Below are positions 27,262-38,040 of a stretch of 64,000 nucleotides of DNA, piece after piece (position 1 is the first letter of the stretch; each line of letters starts with the position of its first letter). The notes under the pieces were generated by a model. That model saw only the letters and a list, made by a program, of their open reading frames with translations. It was not told the DNA's origin and searched no databases. Source of the stretch: an uncultured Limnohabitans sp. (lineage in GTDB: Bacteria > Pseudomonadota > Gammaproteobacteria > Burkholderiales > Burkholderiaceae_C). The stretch lies in contig CAUPNL010000002.1 of assembly GCA_963512655.1 (NCBI GenBank), forward strand, positions 112,748-176,747. Reading direction: 5' to 3'. The translations under genes and the position numbers were made by a program.

Positions 27262-30153
27262 ATGACTGACAAAGCCACCCCAACTTTCACGGACTACCGT
27301 TCCACGCTCAACATGATGGACACACCGTTCCCCATGCGTGGTGACTTGCCCAAACGCGAACCCGCATGGGCCAAGCAATGGAACGAGCAAGGCTTGTACA
27401 AAAAACTGCGCGTGGCTCGCCAAGGCGCACCGCTGTTTGTGTTGCACGACGGCCCACCTTATGCCAACGGCAAACTGCACATCGGCCACGCGCTGAACAA
27501 AGTGCTGAAAGACATGATCGTCAAGTCCAAGCAATTGGGCGGCTTTGACGCGCAATACATCCCCGGCTGGGACTGCCACGGTTTGCCCATCGAGAACGCC
27601 ATCGAAAAACTGCATGGCCGCAAACTCAGCCGCGACGACATGCAGGCCAAAAGCCGTGCATTCGCCACAGAGCAAATCGAGCAACAACGCGAAGACTTCA
27701 AACGCTTGGGCGTGCTGGGCGACTGGGAGCGCCCCTACCGCACCATGGACCCCGCCAACGAAGCGGGCCAACTGCGTGCCTTCAAACGCGTGATGGAACG
27801 TGGCTTTGTGTACCGTGGCTTGAAGCCCGTGTACTGGTGTTTTGACTGCGGCTCATCTTTGGCCGAGTTTGAAATTGAATACGCCGACAAGAAGAGCGAC
27901 ACGCTCGACGTGGCCTTCTTGTGTGCCCAACCCGAGAAACTGGCTGCTGCCTTTGGTTTGCCCAAGCTGGACAAAGAAGCCTTTGCCGTGATTTGGACCA
28001 CTACCGCTTGGACCATCCCCGCCAACCAAGCCCTCAACATGAAGGCAGACATCACCTACGCCTTGGTCGACACCGAGCGTGGTTTGTTCTTGTGTGCGGC
28101 TTCCTTGGTCGAGAAATGTTTGGAGCGTTGGAAGCTCGAAGGCAAAGTGGTGGCAACAGCTACCGGCGATAAGTTGGGCTTGATTGAATTCAACCACCCA
28201 CTGTCACATGTGGACGCTGGCTACAAACGCACAGCCCCCGTGTTCTTGGCCGACTACGTGGGCGAGAGCGACGGCACAGGCATCGTGCACAGCGCCCCCG
28301 CCTACGGCGTGGATGACTTCAACTCATGCATGGCCAACGGCATGAAGTACACCGACATCTTGAACCCCGTGCAAGGCAACGGCGCATATGCCGCTGACTT
28401 CCCACTGTTCGGTGGCCAGCACATTTGGAAAGCTGTGCCCGTCATTCTGGAAACCCTGCAAAACGCAGGCCGCTTGATGGCCACACAAACCATCACGCAC
28501 AGCTACCCACATTGCTGGCGTCACAAAACGCCCGTCATCTACCGCGCGGCAGCGCAGTGGTTCATCCGCATGGATGCGTTTGACAGCACCACCGAAAAAA
28601 CCACAGGCAAGTTCATCACCGACAAATCGAGCAAGTCACTGCGTGAACTCGCGTTGCACGCGATTGACCAAACCCACTTCTATCCAGAAAACGGCCGCGC
28701 ACGTTTGCGCGACATGATTGCCAACCGCCCCGACTGGTGCATCTCGCGCCAACGCAGCTGGGGTGTGCCCGTGCCGTTCTTCTTGCACAAAGACAGCGGC
28801 GAGTTGCACCCACGCACGATGGCCATCATGGACCAAGCAGCCGACATCGTTGAAAAAGGCGGCATCGAAGCATGGAGCCGTGTGACGGTGGAAGACATCC
28901 TCAACCAGCCCGGCGACGACGCAGCCAGCTACACCAAGAGCACCGACATTTTGGAAGTGTGGTTTGACTCTGGCTCCACGTTCCAACACGTGCTGCGTGG
29001 CAGCCACAAAGACGCTTACGACCGTGCACCGCACCACGACCAAGGCCCAGAAGCCGACTTGTACTTAGAAGGCCACGACCAACACCGCGGCTGGTTCCAC
29101 AGCTCGCTGTTGCTCGGCTGCGCCTTGTACGACCGCGCGCCCTACAAAGGCCTGTTGACCCACGGCTTTGCCACCGACGGCCAAGGCCGCAAGATGAGCA
29201 AGAGCTTGGGCAACACTGTCGCGCCACAAGAAGTGAGCGACAAGATGGGCGCAGAAATCGTGCGCTTGTGGGTGGCCAGCACCGACTACTCGGGCGACCT
29301 GAACATCGACGACAAAATCTTAGCCCGCGTGGTTGATGCGTATCGTCGCATCCGCAACACACTGCGTTTCTTACTCGCCAACGTGAGCGACTTTGACCCA
29401 ACCAAAGACGCCGTGGCATTTGACGACTTGTTGGAAATCGACAAGTTCGCGCTGTCTCGCGCTGCGCAAGTGCAGGCTGAAATTCGCGCGCACTTCGATG
29501 CGTATGAGTTCCACCCCGTGGTGTCGAAGTTGCAGCTGTACTGCTCGGAAGATTTGGGTGCGTTCTATTTGGACGTGCTCAAAGACCGCCTGTACACCAC
29601 AGCGCCCAAGTCACTCGCTCGTCGCAGCGCCCAAACCGCGTTGAACCAAATCACCCACGCCATGCTGCGCTGGATGGCACCTTTCCTGAGCTTCACCGCT
29701 GAAGAAGCGTGGACCACGTTTGGCAAGTCTGAGTCGATCTTCTTGGAAACCTTCACGGATCTCGGTGCAAGCAATGCGGGGTTGATGGACAAGTGGGGCA
29801 ACATCCAACAAATTCGCGAAATCGCCAACAAAAAAATCGAAGACAAACGCACAGAAGGATCTGTGGGTGCGTCACTGCAAGCTGAACTCATCATTCACTG
29901 CGACGACGCAACATACGACACCTTGGCTTCATTGGGCGACGACTTGAAGTTTGTGTTCATCACATCAAAGGTTTCTTTGGTGAAGGTTGAGGGCGCAGGT
30001 TTGACCGTTGAAGTCAAAGCCAGCGAAGCCCCCAAGTGCGAACGCTGCTGGCACTACAGCGACGACGTGGGCCACAACCCCGCTCACCCCACCCTCTGCG
30101 GCCGTTGCGACAGCAACTTGCACGGTGACGGCGAAGTGCGTCACTTCGCCTAA
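27262..30153 (+). CDS. ileS: Isoleucine--tRNA ligase (type 1)
   Basis: [32 protein letters not shown]-terminal CERCW...CGRC; ATG 27262 preferred. Confidence 0.98.
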   Translation: MTDKATPTFTDYRSTLNMMDTPFPMRGDLPKREPAWAKQWNEQGLYKKLRVARQGAPLFVLHDGPPYANGKLHIGHALNKVLKDMIVKSKQLGGFDAQYIPGWDCHGLPIENAIEKLHGRKLSRDDMQAKSRAFATEQIEQQREDFKRLGVLGDWERPYRTMDPANEAGQLRAFKRVMERGFVYRGLKPVYWCFDCGSSLAEFEIEYADKKSDTLDVAFLCAQPEKLAAAFGLPKLDKEAFAVIWTTTAWTIPANQALNMKADITYALVDTERGLFLCAASLVEKCLERWKLEGKVVATATGDKLGLIEFNHPLSHVDAGYKRTAPVFLADYVGESDGTGIVHSAPAYGVDDFNSCMANGMKYTDILNPVQGNGAYAADFPLFGGQHIWKAVPVILETLQNAGRLMATQTITHSYPHCWRHKTPVIYRAAAQWFIRMDAFDSTTEKTTGKFITDKSSKSLRELALHAIDQTHFYPENGRARLRDMIANRPDWCISRQRSWGVPVPFFLHKDSGELHPRTMAIMDQAADIVEKGGIEAWSRVTVEDILNQPGDDAASYTKSTDILEVWFDSGSTFQHVLRGSHKDAYDRAPHHDQGPEADLYLEGHDQHRGWFHSSLLLGCALYDRAPYKGLLTHGFATDGQGRKMSKSLGNTVAPQEVSDKMGAEIVRLWVASTDYSGDLNIDDKILARVVDAYRRIRNTLRFLLANVSDFDPTKDAVAFDDLLEIDKFALSRAAQVQAEIRAHFDAYEFHPVVSKLQLYCSEDLGAFYLDVLKDRLYTTAPKSLARRSAQTALNQITHAMLRWMAPFLSFTAEEAWTTFGKSESIFLETFTDLGASNAGLMDKWGNIQQIREIANKKIEDKRTEGSVGASLQAELIIHCDDATYDTLASLGDDLKFVFITSKVSLVKVEGAGLTVEVKASEAPKCERCWHYSDDVGHNPAHPTLCGRCDSNLHGDGEVRHFA

Positions 30154-30179
30154 ACGGCGCACGATAGAAAGCACAACAC

Positions 30180-30680
30180 ATGGCACGCCACACCTTCATT
30201 CGCAACACCACCTCTTACTGGGTGTGGCTAGGGCTAGCCGCTCTGGTGTTGATCGCCGATCAATTCACCAAAGTGCTCATCGTCAGCACGTATCAGTTGG
30301 GTGAAGGTTTTCCCGTCAGCAGCTTTTTCAACATCGTGCGCGTGCACAACGAAGGCGCTGCGTTTTCGTTCCTTGCCACGGCGGGTGGCTGGCAGCGATG
30401 GTTCTTCACCGGCCTTGGCGTTGTGGCAACCTTGGCGATGGTGTGGATGCTGAAAAAACACCCAGGCCAAAAACTGTTTGGCTTTGCCATCGCCTGCATC
30501 TTGGGTGGCGCAGTGGGCAATGTGATTGACCGCGTGCTGTACGGCTACGTGGTCGACTTTCTAGATTTTTATTACGCCGGCATTCACTTCCCCGCGTTCA
30601 ACATTGCAGACAGCGGCATCACCGTGGGCGCAGCCTGCCTCATCTTGGATGAAGTGTTGCGCGTGCGCCGCGGAAACTAA
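30180..30680 (+). CDS. lspA: Lipoprotein signal peptidase II
   Basis: [35 protein letters not shown]. Confidence 0.96.
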   Translation: MARHTFIRNTTSYWVWLGLAALVLIADQFTKVLIVSTYQLGEGFPVSSFFNIVRVHNEGAAFSFLATAGGWQRWFFTGLGVVATLAMVWMLKKHPGQKLFGFAIACILGGAVGNVIDRVLYGYVVDFLDFYYAGIHFPAFNIADSGITVGAACLILDEVLRVRRGN

Positions 30681-30682
30681 AC

Positions 30683-31432
30683 ATGCAAATACTTCCCCCA
30701 AAAACAGTTGGCATTGCCGAACTGAACACTGCCATCGCGCAAAAAGGCTACGGCATGCTCAGTGCTGCCAGCGTGGCCGAATGGGCGGGATGTGCATTGA
30801 GCGAGCTGCAAGCCTTGTCTCCCAGCTGGGACAACATGCCGCCCGACAATTACCTCAAAGACGGTGGCCGCTACCGCCGCCGTTTGCACAGCAGCTTTGT
30901 GTTTGAGCGCAACACACTCAGCCAAGTGCCGCATCGTGCGCATTGGCAGTCACTCGACTACAACGCGCTACACGGCGGCATGGAGCGTTGGTTTGAACCC
31001 ATGCACGAGGCCACGGTGGCCACATCTGCGTGGAACAAGCTACTCACAGCCTTAGCCAAAACAGCAAGCGAAGTACGCGGTACACCTCTCACCAAGTGGT
31101 GCATCGAAGCGCATCAGTTCCGCATAGACACCACCGACGGCATTGGCCGCCCCACACCCGAAGGCGCGCATCGCGACGGTGTGGATTTTGTGGCGGTGTT
31201 CATGGTCAACCGCACCGACATCAAAGGCGGCGAGACCCGCGTGTTTGAAGCCAACGGCCCACAAGGCGAACGCTTCACACTGAGCGAGCCTTGGTCGTTG
31301 ATGTTGTTAGACGACACCCGCATGATTCACGAAAGCACGCCCATTCAGCCATTGGCTGAGGGCGGTCATCGCGATACGCTGGTGCTCACCTGCCGCGCAG
31401 ACAAGTTTCAGGACGCCGAACCCAGCGCCTGA
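30683..31432 (+). CDS. 2OG-Fe(II) dioxygenase family protein
   Basis: YLKDGGRYRRR, PTPEGAHRDGVD (HxD), IHESTP, RDTLV. Confidence 0.82.
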   Translation: MQILPPKTVGIAELNTAIAQKGYGMLSAASVAEWAGCALSELQALSPSWDNMPPDNYLKDGGRYRRRLHSSFVFERNTLSQVPHRAHWQSLDYNALHGGMERWFEPMHEATVATSAWNKLLTALAKTASEVRGTPLTKWCIEAHQFRIDTTDGIGRPTPEGAHRDGVDFVAVFMVNRTDIKGGETRVFEANGPQGERFTLSEPWSLMLLDDTRMIHESTPIQPLAEGGHRDTLVLTCRADKFQDAEPSA

Positions 31433-31448
31433 AACCCCTGCGCTGTCA

Positions 31449-32432
31449 TCACAAAGTGATGATGGTGCAACCCGTGGTCTTGCGGGCTTCCAAGTCGCGG
31501 TGCGCTTGGGCAATGTCGGCCAAGGGGTAAGTTTGGTCGATGTGGATCTTCACCTTACCGCTGGTCACGGCTTCAAACAAATCGTCTGCCATTTCTTGCG
31601 TGCTTTCGCGCGTGACGATGTGGCTGAACAAAGTTTGACGTGTGAGGTAGATCGAACCTTTAGGACCCAAGATGCCGGGGGCAATCGGCGCGGGTGCGCC
31701 AGAGGCATTGCCAAAGCTAGCCATCAAACCAAATGGTGCGATGCAATCCAGTGATTTGTCCCAAGTGTCCTTACCCACCGAGTCGTACACCACTTTCACG
31801 CCTTTGCCGCCTGTGATTTCTTTCACACGCACCAGGAAGTCTTCGGTGTTGTAGTTGATGACGTGCGCTGCACCATTGGCCTTGGCCAATGCGCACTTGG
31901 CCTCACTGCCAGCAGTGCCAATGAGTTGGTAGCCCAAGGCCTTAGCCCATTGGCAAGCAATCAGGCCCACACCGCCAGCGGCTGCGTGGAACAAGATGAA
32001 GTCACCTTTGTGCAAGCCGCCTTGTGGCAAGGTGCGCTTCAACAAATATTGCGCGGTCAAACCTTTGAGCATCATGGCTGCGCCGGTTTCAAACGAAATC
32101 GCATCTGGCAATTTGCACACGCACTTGGCGGGCATCACGCGCTCTTCGCAGTAGCTGCCGGGTGGCTGGCTGGCATAGGCTGCACGGTCGCCCACTTTCA
32201 AATGGGTCACGCCCTCGCCGACGGCTTCGATGATGCCGGAGGCTTCCATGCCCAAGTGCAAGGGCATGGGCAGTGCATACACGCCGCTGCGTTGGTACAC
32301 ATCAATGAAGTTCAGGCCAATGGCTTTGTGGCGAATGCGAATTTCGCCTGGGCCAGGTTGACCCACGGTCACGTCAATGAGCTTTAGCTCTTCAGGGCCG
32401 CCGTTTTTTTCGATGATGACTGCTTTGGTCAT
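31449..32432 (-). CDS. qor: NADPH:quinone oxidoreductase (zeta-crystallin/MDR family)
   Basis: GLNFIDVYQRSG, LGMEASG, HAAAGGVG, YDSVGKDT, GSIYLTR. Confidence 0.93.
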   Translation of the reverse strand: MTKAVIIEKNGGPEELKLIDVTVGQPGPGEIRIRHKAIGLNFIDVYQRSGVYALPMPLHLGMEASGIIEAVGEGVTHLKVGDRAAYASQPPGSYCEERVMPAKCVCKLPDAISFETGAAMMLKGLTAQYLLKRTLPQGGLHKGDFILFHAAAGGVGLIACQWAKALGYQLIGTAGSEAKCALAKANGAAHVINYNTEDFLVRVKEITGGKGVKVVYDSVGKDTWDKSLDCIAPFGLMASFGNASGAPAPIAPGILGPKGSIYLTRQTLFSHIVTRESTQEMADDLFEAVTSGKVKIHIDQTYPLADIAQAHRDLEARKTTGCTIITL

Positions 32433-32544
32433 GGGGTGATGCTCCAGATATGGGTGAAATTTTTCAGACGCTGAATCCTGCCATGAAATGGGTGACTCTC
32501 CTGTCGCACAGGTTATTGGGGGGCTCGGGTACAGTCCTGCCCTT

Positions 32545-33465
32545 ATGTCAGTTGTTCCTCACGCCCTCACGCCGCGCAATGCGGCGCTTTTATTGATCCC
32601 TCCCCTTTTGTGGGCGGGCAACGCCGTGATTGGTCGCATGATTGCGGACCTAATTCCGCCCATCACCCTCAACTTCTTTCGATGGGCCTTGGCCTTTGTG
32701 CTGGTGCTGCCCTTGGCACACAGCATGTTGCGCCGCGACAGCCCCTTGTGGGCGCACTGGAAGCGCTATACCTTGCTAGGCCTGCTGGGCGTGGGCTTGT
32801 ACAACAGCTTTCTGTATTTAGCACTGCAAACCTCCACACCTATCAACGTGACCTTGGTCGGGTCGAGCATGCCCGTGTTCATGTTGCTGGTGGGTGCGCT
32901 GTTTTTCAAACAAACCGTGCGCAAGCGCCAAATAGCAGGCGCACTACTGTCCATCCTCGGCGTGATGGTGGTGCTGTGTCGTGGTGACTGGCATGCACTG
33001 GCCAATGTGCATTTGGTCATCGGCGATGTGTTTGTGCTCATGGCTACGGCCGCGTGGTCTTGGTACAGCTGGTTGTTGTCGGGCACCCAAGAGCCCACAG
33101 AAGCGCGCAGCAATTGGGCCAACTTCCTGATGGCGCAAATGGTGTTTGGCTTGTTCTGGTCGGCTGCGTTCAGCGGCGCAGAGTGGGCGGGCCTAACGGG
33201 CATTGCCGATGCACACATCAGCTGGAGCTGGCCGTTGGTGGCTGCGCTGGTTTATGTGTCTGTCGGTCCAGCGGTGTTGGCATACCGTTTTTGGGGCTTG
33301 GGCGTGCAAAACGTGGGGCCCAACATTGCGGGCTTTTTTGTGAACCTCATTCCCGTGTTCACTGCCACCTTATCCGCCTTGGTATTGGGTGAAATGCCGC
33401 AGCTGTATCACGCGGCGGCGTTTGTGCTGATCATTGGCGGCATTGTGGTGTCGTCACGCAAGTAA
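32545..33465 (+). CDS. DMT/EamA family transporter
   Basis: About 10 TM, LWAGNAVIGR, FFRWALA, FVNLIPVF; ATG 32545 preferred. Confidence 0.88.
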   Translation: MSVVPHALTPRNAALLLIPPLLWAGNAVIGRMIADLIPPITLNFFRWALAFVLVLPLAHSMLRRDSPLWAHWKRYTLLGLLGVGLYNSFLYLALQTSTPINVTLVGSSMPVFMLLVGALFFKQTVRKRQIAGALLSILGVMVVLCRGDWHALANVHLVIGDVFVLMATAAWSWYSWLLSGTQEPTEARSNWANFLMAQMVFGLFWSAAFSGAEWAGLTGIADAHISWSWPLVAALVYVSVGPAVLAYRFWGLGVQNVGPNIAGFFVNLIPVFTATLSALVLGEMPQLYHAAAFVLIIGGIVVSSRK

Positions 33466-33466
33466 C

Positions 33467-34261
33467 TCAGAACGTGCCCGCGTAAGCGCCACCATCGGTC
33501 AAGATGTTTTGGCCCGTCATGTAGCCCGCTTGTGCCGAGCACAAAAACGCGCAGGTATCACCAAACTCTTGTGGGTTGCCAAAGCGTTGGGCAGGAATGG
33601 TTCTCTTGCGCGCCTCGGCCACGGCATCCACAGATTGACCCGTTTTTTCTGCGGCACCTTTCATGGTGCCCTTGAGTCGGTCGGTGTCGTACGCACCGGG
33701 CAGCAAGTTGTTGATGGTCACATTGTTGGCCGCCAATTTTTGTGTGCGAGCCACGCCCGCCACAAAACCCGTCAAACCTGAACGCGCACCATTGGACAAG
33801 CCCAAGATGTCGATGGGCGCTTTCACCGCGCTCGACGTGATGTTGATGATGCGGCCAAAACCTCGCTCTGCCATGCCATCGACCGTGGCTTTGATCAGCT
33901 CAATCGGCGTGAGCATGTTGGCGTCCACCGCTTTCATCCAATCGTCGCGCTCCCAGTTGCGGAAGTCACCGGGTGGCGGACCACCTGCATTGGTCACCAC
34001 GATGTCAAATTTTTTGCCGGGTCCACCTGCGACGGACCAAATGGCTTCGCGACCTTGCTCGGTGGTGATGTCTACCGCCACAGCGAGGATGGTGGTGCCC
34101 AGTTTGCGCAGCTCTGTCGCAGCAGCTTCTAACGCCTCAGCACCGCGCGCGACGATGACCACGTTGACGCCTTCGCGTGCGAGTGACTGCGCACAGCCAA
34201 AGCCCAAACCTTTGCTTGCGCCACCCACCAATGCCCATTTACCTTTGAGACCTAAATCCAT
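33467..34261 (-). CDS. Short-chain dehydrogenase/reductase (3-oxoacyl-ACP reductase-like)
   Basis: GGASKGLG, NAGGPPPG, SNGARSGL, NNLLPG. Confidence 0.9.
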   Translation of the reverse strand: MDLGLKGKWALVGGASKGLGFGCAQSLAREGVNVVIVARGAEALEAAATELRKLGTTILAVAVDITTEQGREAIWSVAGGPGKKFDIVVTNAGGPPPGDFRNWERDDWMKAVDANMLTPIELIKATVDGMAERGFGRIINITSSAVKAPIDILGLSNGARSGLTGFVAGVARTQKLAANNVTINNLLPGAYDTDRLKGTMKGAAEKTGQSVDAVAEARKRTIPAQRFGNPQEFGDTCAFLCSAQAGYMTGQNILTDGGAYAGTF

Positions 34262-35169
34262 CACTTACTCCCATACTTCGAAACAATAAATACGCCACTC
34301 ACCACAAGCAGTGTGCCTGCACCAATCCATACGTTCAATGGTTCGTCCAACAGCAACACGCCTAACGCAATGGTAGACATGGGGCCAATCATGCCGGTTT
34401 GTGCGGTCAACGCTGCGCCGATGCGCTCAATCGCCATCATCACCATCAACACAGGGGCCACAGTACAAGCCACCGCGTTCAGCACCCCCAACCACAGCAC
34501 CTCCACAGGTACCGCCGCCGCAGACAAGGGGCGCAACAACAAGAACTGCGCAATGCAGCACAGGCACGCCACACTGGTGGCCCAACCCACCAAGCGCAAC
34601 GAGCCAATGCGCTGCACCAACTCACCGCTGTACAGCAAATACACAGCGTAGCTGATGGCGCTGGCCAAAATCAATCCACCGCCCAAGGCCACGTTGGCGC
34701 CAGACAGTGTGAGCTCATGCGCAAACACCAACAACACGCCGCAGTAACTCACCCCCATCGCCAAGATGCGAATGGGGCGAATCGGTTTTTTGTACAGCAC
34801 CCATCCCAGCAACATCACCAACGTAGGGTTGAGGTACAGGATGAGTCGCTCAAGGCTGGCCGTGATGTATTGCAAACCTAAGAAGTCAAGGTAGCTCGAC
34901 AAGTAATAACCCACAAAGCCAAGACCCACGATGTCGATCACATCGCGGCGTGTCAGTGGGTTTTCGCGCGCAATGGCTTGACGCTCCGCCCACAAGCCTA
35001 TGGCAATGAAGAACGGCAGTGCAAACAGCATGCGGTACATGATGACCGTCACGGCATCGACTCCGTACACATAAGACAGCTTGACGATGATGGCTTTGCC
35101 GCTGAATGCAATGGCGCCGGCGGAGGCCAAAAGAAGGCCCGACAAAGCAGGACGTTGGACAGAATTCAT
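34261..35169 (-). CDS. DMT/EamA family transporter
   Basis: AFSGKAIIVKL, GLQYITASLERLILYLNPT; about 10 TM. Confidence 0.88.
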   Translation of the reverse strand: MNSVQRPALSGLLLASAGAIAFSGKAIIVKLSYVYGVDAVTVIMYRMLFALPFFIAIGLWAERQAIARENPLTRRDVIDIVGLGFVGYYLSSYLDFLGLQYITASLERLILYLNPTLVMLLGWVLYKKPIRPIRILAMGVSYCGVLLVFAHELTLSGANVALGGGLILASAISYAVYLLYSGELVQRIGSLRLVGWATSVACLCCIAQFLLLRPLSAAAVPVEVLWLGVLNAVACTVAPVLMVMMAIERIGAALTAQTGMIGPMSTIALGVLLLDEPLNVWIGAGTLLVVSGVFIVSKYGSK

Positions 35170-35251
35170 TCGTAAAAATCACCAGTAAGTCATGAGTTTA
35201 TGTGAGCAATAAGCACGGGCGTGTCACAAACGCTCGGTACCATTGAGGGGT

Positions 35252-37021
35252 ATGTCATCCCTTGAACTCACCCTGCTGTATTTGTGCGCTGCCGTGGTCA
35301 GCGTGGTGGGTTGCCGGCTGCTGCATTTGCCCGCCATGTTGGGCTATTTGTTTGCAGGCGTGGTCATTGGCCCGCACGCCTTGGCCTTGGCCAATAACTC
35401 GGTAGCCATCGAGCACTTGGCTGAATTTGGCGTGGTGTTTTTGATGTTCGTCATCGGCTTGGAATTCAACTTACCCAAACTCATGCGCATGCGCAAGCTG
35501 GTGTTTGGTTTGGGCTTAGGCCAAGTGGTGCTCACGCTGCTGGGCGCCTTGCTGTTTAACTTGGCCTTGGGTTGGCTGCTCAAAGAGTTGGGCTACATCT
35601 GGCGTTTGAGCTGGCAAGCCGCGCTGGCTTTGGGCAGTGCGCTGGCCATGTCGAGCACGGCCATCGTGGTCAAGCTCATGGCAGATCGTGTGGAGCTGGA
35701 GTCACCGCACGGCCAACGCGTGATGGGCGTGCTGCTGTTTCAAGATTTGGCCGTGGTGCCTCTGCTGGTGCTCATCCCCGCACTGGCCGACATGGGTGAA
35801 CACAACCTGTGGAAAGTGTTGTCCATCGCCATGCTCAAAGCTGCGGTGCTGGTGGGCTTGCTGTTGTGGGGTGGCCAACGTGTGATGCGCAGTTGGTTGC
35901 ACTTGGTGGCGCGCCGCAAGAGCGATGAGTTGTTCATGCTCAACCTCTTGTTCATGACGCTGGGCTTGGCGTGGCTCACAGAGCTGGCCGGTTTGTCACT
36001 GGCCATGGGCGCCTTCTTAGCCGGTATGTTGATTGCCGAAACCGATTTCAAACACAAGGTGGAGGCAGACATTCGCCCCTTCCACGATGTGTTGCTGGGC
36101 TTGTTCTTCATCACCATCGGCATGAAGCTCGATTGGGAAGTGTTGATCGACAGCTGGGGCTGGGTGCTGCTGCTGTCCATCGTGCCTTTGTTCCTCAAAG
36201 CGGGTTTGGTGTTTGTGTTGGCCCGCATCACCGGTGCGCCTGCAGGCGTGAGCCTGCGCACCTCGCTGTATTTAGCGCAAGCGGGTGAATTCGGTTTTGT
36301 GCTGTTGACACTGGGCCTGCAAAACGCACTCATCCCCGCTGCGTGGATGAGCCCCATCTTGGCGTCGATGGTGTTGTCGATGATTGCCACACCGTTCTTG
36401 GTGATGAATGCCGACCGCATCGTCAACCGCCTCATCAGCAACGACTGGCTGCTGCAATCGCTGGCCCTCACCGGCATGGCTCAGCGATCGCTCAAGATAG
36501 AAAACCACGTCATCGTGTGCGGCTATGGTCGCAGCGGCCACAACTTGGTGGACTTGCTCAAGCTCGAAAACATTCCCTACGTGGCCCTCGACTCTGACCC
36601 TGACCAAGTGCAAATGGGCCGTGACCATGGCCACCATGTGGAGTTGGGCGACGCCACTCGTTTCTCAAGCCTCATGTCCGCAGGCTTGGTACGTGCCTCT
36701 GCGGTGGCGGTGACTTACCCCGACCTACCCTCGGCGCTCAAGGTGTTGGCATGGGTCAAAGAACACGCACCGCATGTACCTGTGATCGTGCGCACCCATG
36801 ACGACGAACACCTCGAAGACCTACGCGCCGCAGGCGCCGCCGAAGTGGTGCCCGAAGTGATTGAAGGCAGCCTCATGCTTGCCAGCCAAACCTTGGCACA
36901 CATTGGCATTCCCCTCAAACGCGTGCTTCGTTTGGTGCAAGGCCAACGTATGACGCGCTACGCGCTGATGCGCGATGCATTGAAGCACAAAGAGGGTTTG
37001 GAAAATATTCAGCCGCGTTAA
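35252..37021 (+). CDS. CPA2-family cation:proton antiporter with C-terminal TrkA-N (KefB/YbaL-like)
   Basis: AEFGVVFLMFVIGLEF, GVLLFQDLAVVP, GAFLAG, QAGEFGFVL, VIVCGYGRSG. Confidence 0.9.
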   Translation: MSSLELTLLYLCAAVVSVVGCRLLHLPAMLGYLFAGVVIGPHALALANNSVAIEHLAEFGVVFLMFVIGLEFNLPKLMRMRKLVFGLGLGQVVLTLLGALLFNLALGWLLKELGYIWRLSWQAALALGSALAMSSTAIVVKLMADRVELESPHGQRVMGVLLFQDLAVVPLLVLIPALADMGEHNLWKVLSIAMLKAAVLVGLLLWGGQRVMRSWLHLVARRKSDELFMLNLLFMTLGLAWLTELAGLSLAMGAFLAGMLIAETDFKHKVEADIRPFHDVLLGLFFITIGMKLDWEVLIDSWGWVLLLSIVPLFLKAGLVFVLARITGAPAGVSLRTSLYLAQAGEFGFVLLTLGLQNALIPAAWMSPILASMVLSMIATPFLVMNADRIVNRLISNDWLLQSLALTGMAQRSLKIENHVIVCGYGRSGHNLVDLLKLENIPYVALDSDPDQVQMGRDHGHHVELGDATRFSSLMSAGLVRASAVAVTYPDLPSALKVLAWVKEHAPHVPVIVRTHDDEHLEDLRAAGAAEVVPEVIEGSLMLASQTLAHIGIPLKRVLRLVQGQRMTRYALMRDALKHKEGLENIQPR

Positions 37022-37062
37022 CGTGGTGGATGTGCAGCCACTTAGGCTACCGCGCACACGAA

Positions 37063-37476
37063 TCAATGCTTGATTGGCTGTGCCAAAAAATCACGCCATG
37101 CGAGCAACATGGCCTTCACTTCAGGCCAAGTGAATCGACCTTCGGGCTGGTTCCAATACGCCAAGTCATCTGAATCCACATTGCTCTGATTGAACTGCAC
37201 GCCGTTGATGGCCATGTCCACATTGAAAGCATCGCCATCGATAAACCATTTTTCTCGCGCGCCATCTTCGATTTGCGTCATCGCGTGTAGCACCTCATCG
37301 CAGTGCGCCACGTCAGCCATGTCACTGGTCAACCAACTGCACACAAAGCGGTTGAGCGGATGCTGGTGGTCTCCCGTGCCGTCGTCACTCACCCACTCAC
37401 ACGCGGGGTAGTGCACGGGCTGTGCGGCGCTGCCGGGCACAGGCGCTTGTGTTTGGATGAAGCAACGCAGTGACAT
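37063..37476 (-). CDS. Probable immunity protein for the adjacent EndoU nuclease (YacL/CdiI-like by pattern)
   Basis: 137-aa acidic protein without signal peptide, 3 nt downstream of the EndoU stop; WLTSD...F-x-V...LLAWRDFL pattern; function inferred from position. Confidence 0.55.
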   Translation of the reverse strand: MSLRCFIQTQAPVPGSAAQPVHYPACEWVSDDGTGDHQHPLNRFVCSWLTSDMADVAHCDEVLHAMTQIEDGAREKWFIDGDAFNVDMAINGVQFNQSNVDSDDLAYWNQPEGRFTWPEVKAMLLAWRDFLAQPIKH

Positions 37477-37479
37477 GGA

Positions 37480-38040
37480 TCAGTGGCGTTTGCTGTACAC
37501 GGGATAGGCCGTGACGCGTGGTTCTAAGTAACCTTCCACACGCACACCGCTGGGCGTGAGCGCGCTCCATTTCTCACCACGAATGGTTTTGGTGGGGCTG
37601 AACCATGCGGCATTCACCTCGCTCACCACTTGCTCAGCGGTCCAATCTTTGGGGAACATGGTGTTGGGCATAGGGTTGCCGTTGCGGTCGGTTTTGGTGA
37701 GCCACTGGCCTGGGCGTTTGGGGTCTGCCATTTGCACTTGCGCACGGTACACACCGGTGGCGTCAGGGGCAGAGGCTGTACCTTCAATCATGCGCACATC
37801 GCCATTGAGCAAGGTGTGGCCGCCTGTGGGCTCCCCAGTGCGACGTTTGTAATCTGCACCGATGATGTGTTTGAAATCAATGGGGGAGTTGTTGGCAGGC
37901 ATGGCCTCTTGCGCCACGGCCACTGACTTGGCTTTTTCATGCGACGCCGTGTTCGATGAACTGTGCGACCCTTTGTAAGAAAAGAACGCCGACAGCGCGA
38001 CGATCACCAAAGCCAATCCAACACGAATCAATTTATTCAC
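37480..38040 (-). CDS. Bacterial EndoU-family RNase domain with N-terminal signal peptide/TM anchor
   Basis: KHIIG (H58)...TGGH (H75)...LTK (K116)...TMFPKDW...GVRVEGY...TAYP; hydrophobic N-terminus MNKLIRVGLALVIVALSAFF; GTG start overlaps ggt stop. Confidence 0.8.
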   Translation of the reverse strand: MNKLIRVGLALVIVALSAFFSYKGSHSSSNTASHEKAKSVAVAQEAMPANNSPIDFKHIIGADYKRRTGEPTGGHTLLNGDVRMIEGTASAPDATGVYRAQVQMADPKRPGQWLTKTDRNGNPMPNTMFPKDWTAEQVVSEVNAAWFSPTKTIRGEKWSALTPSGVRVEGYLEPRVTAYPVYSKRH

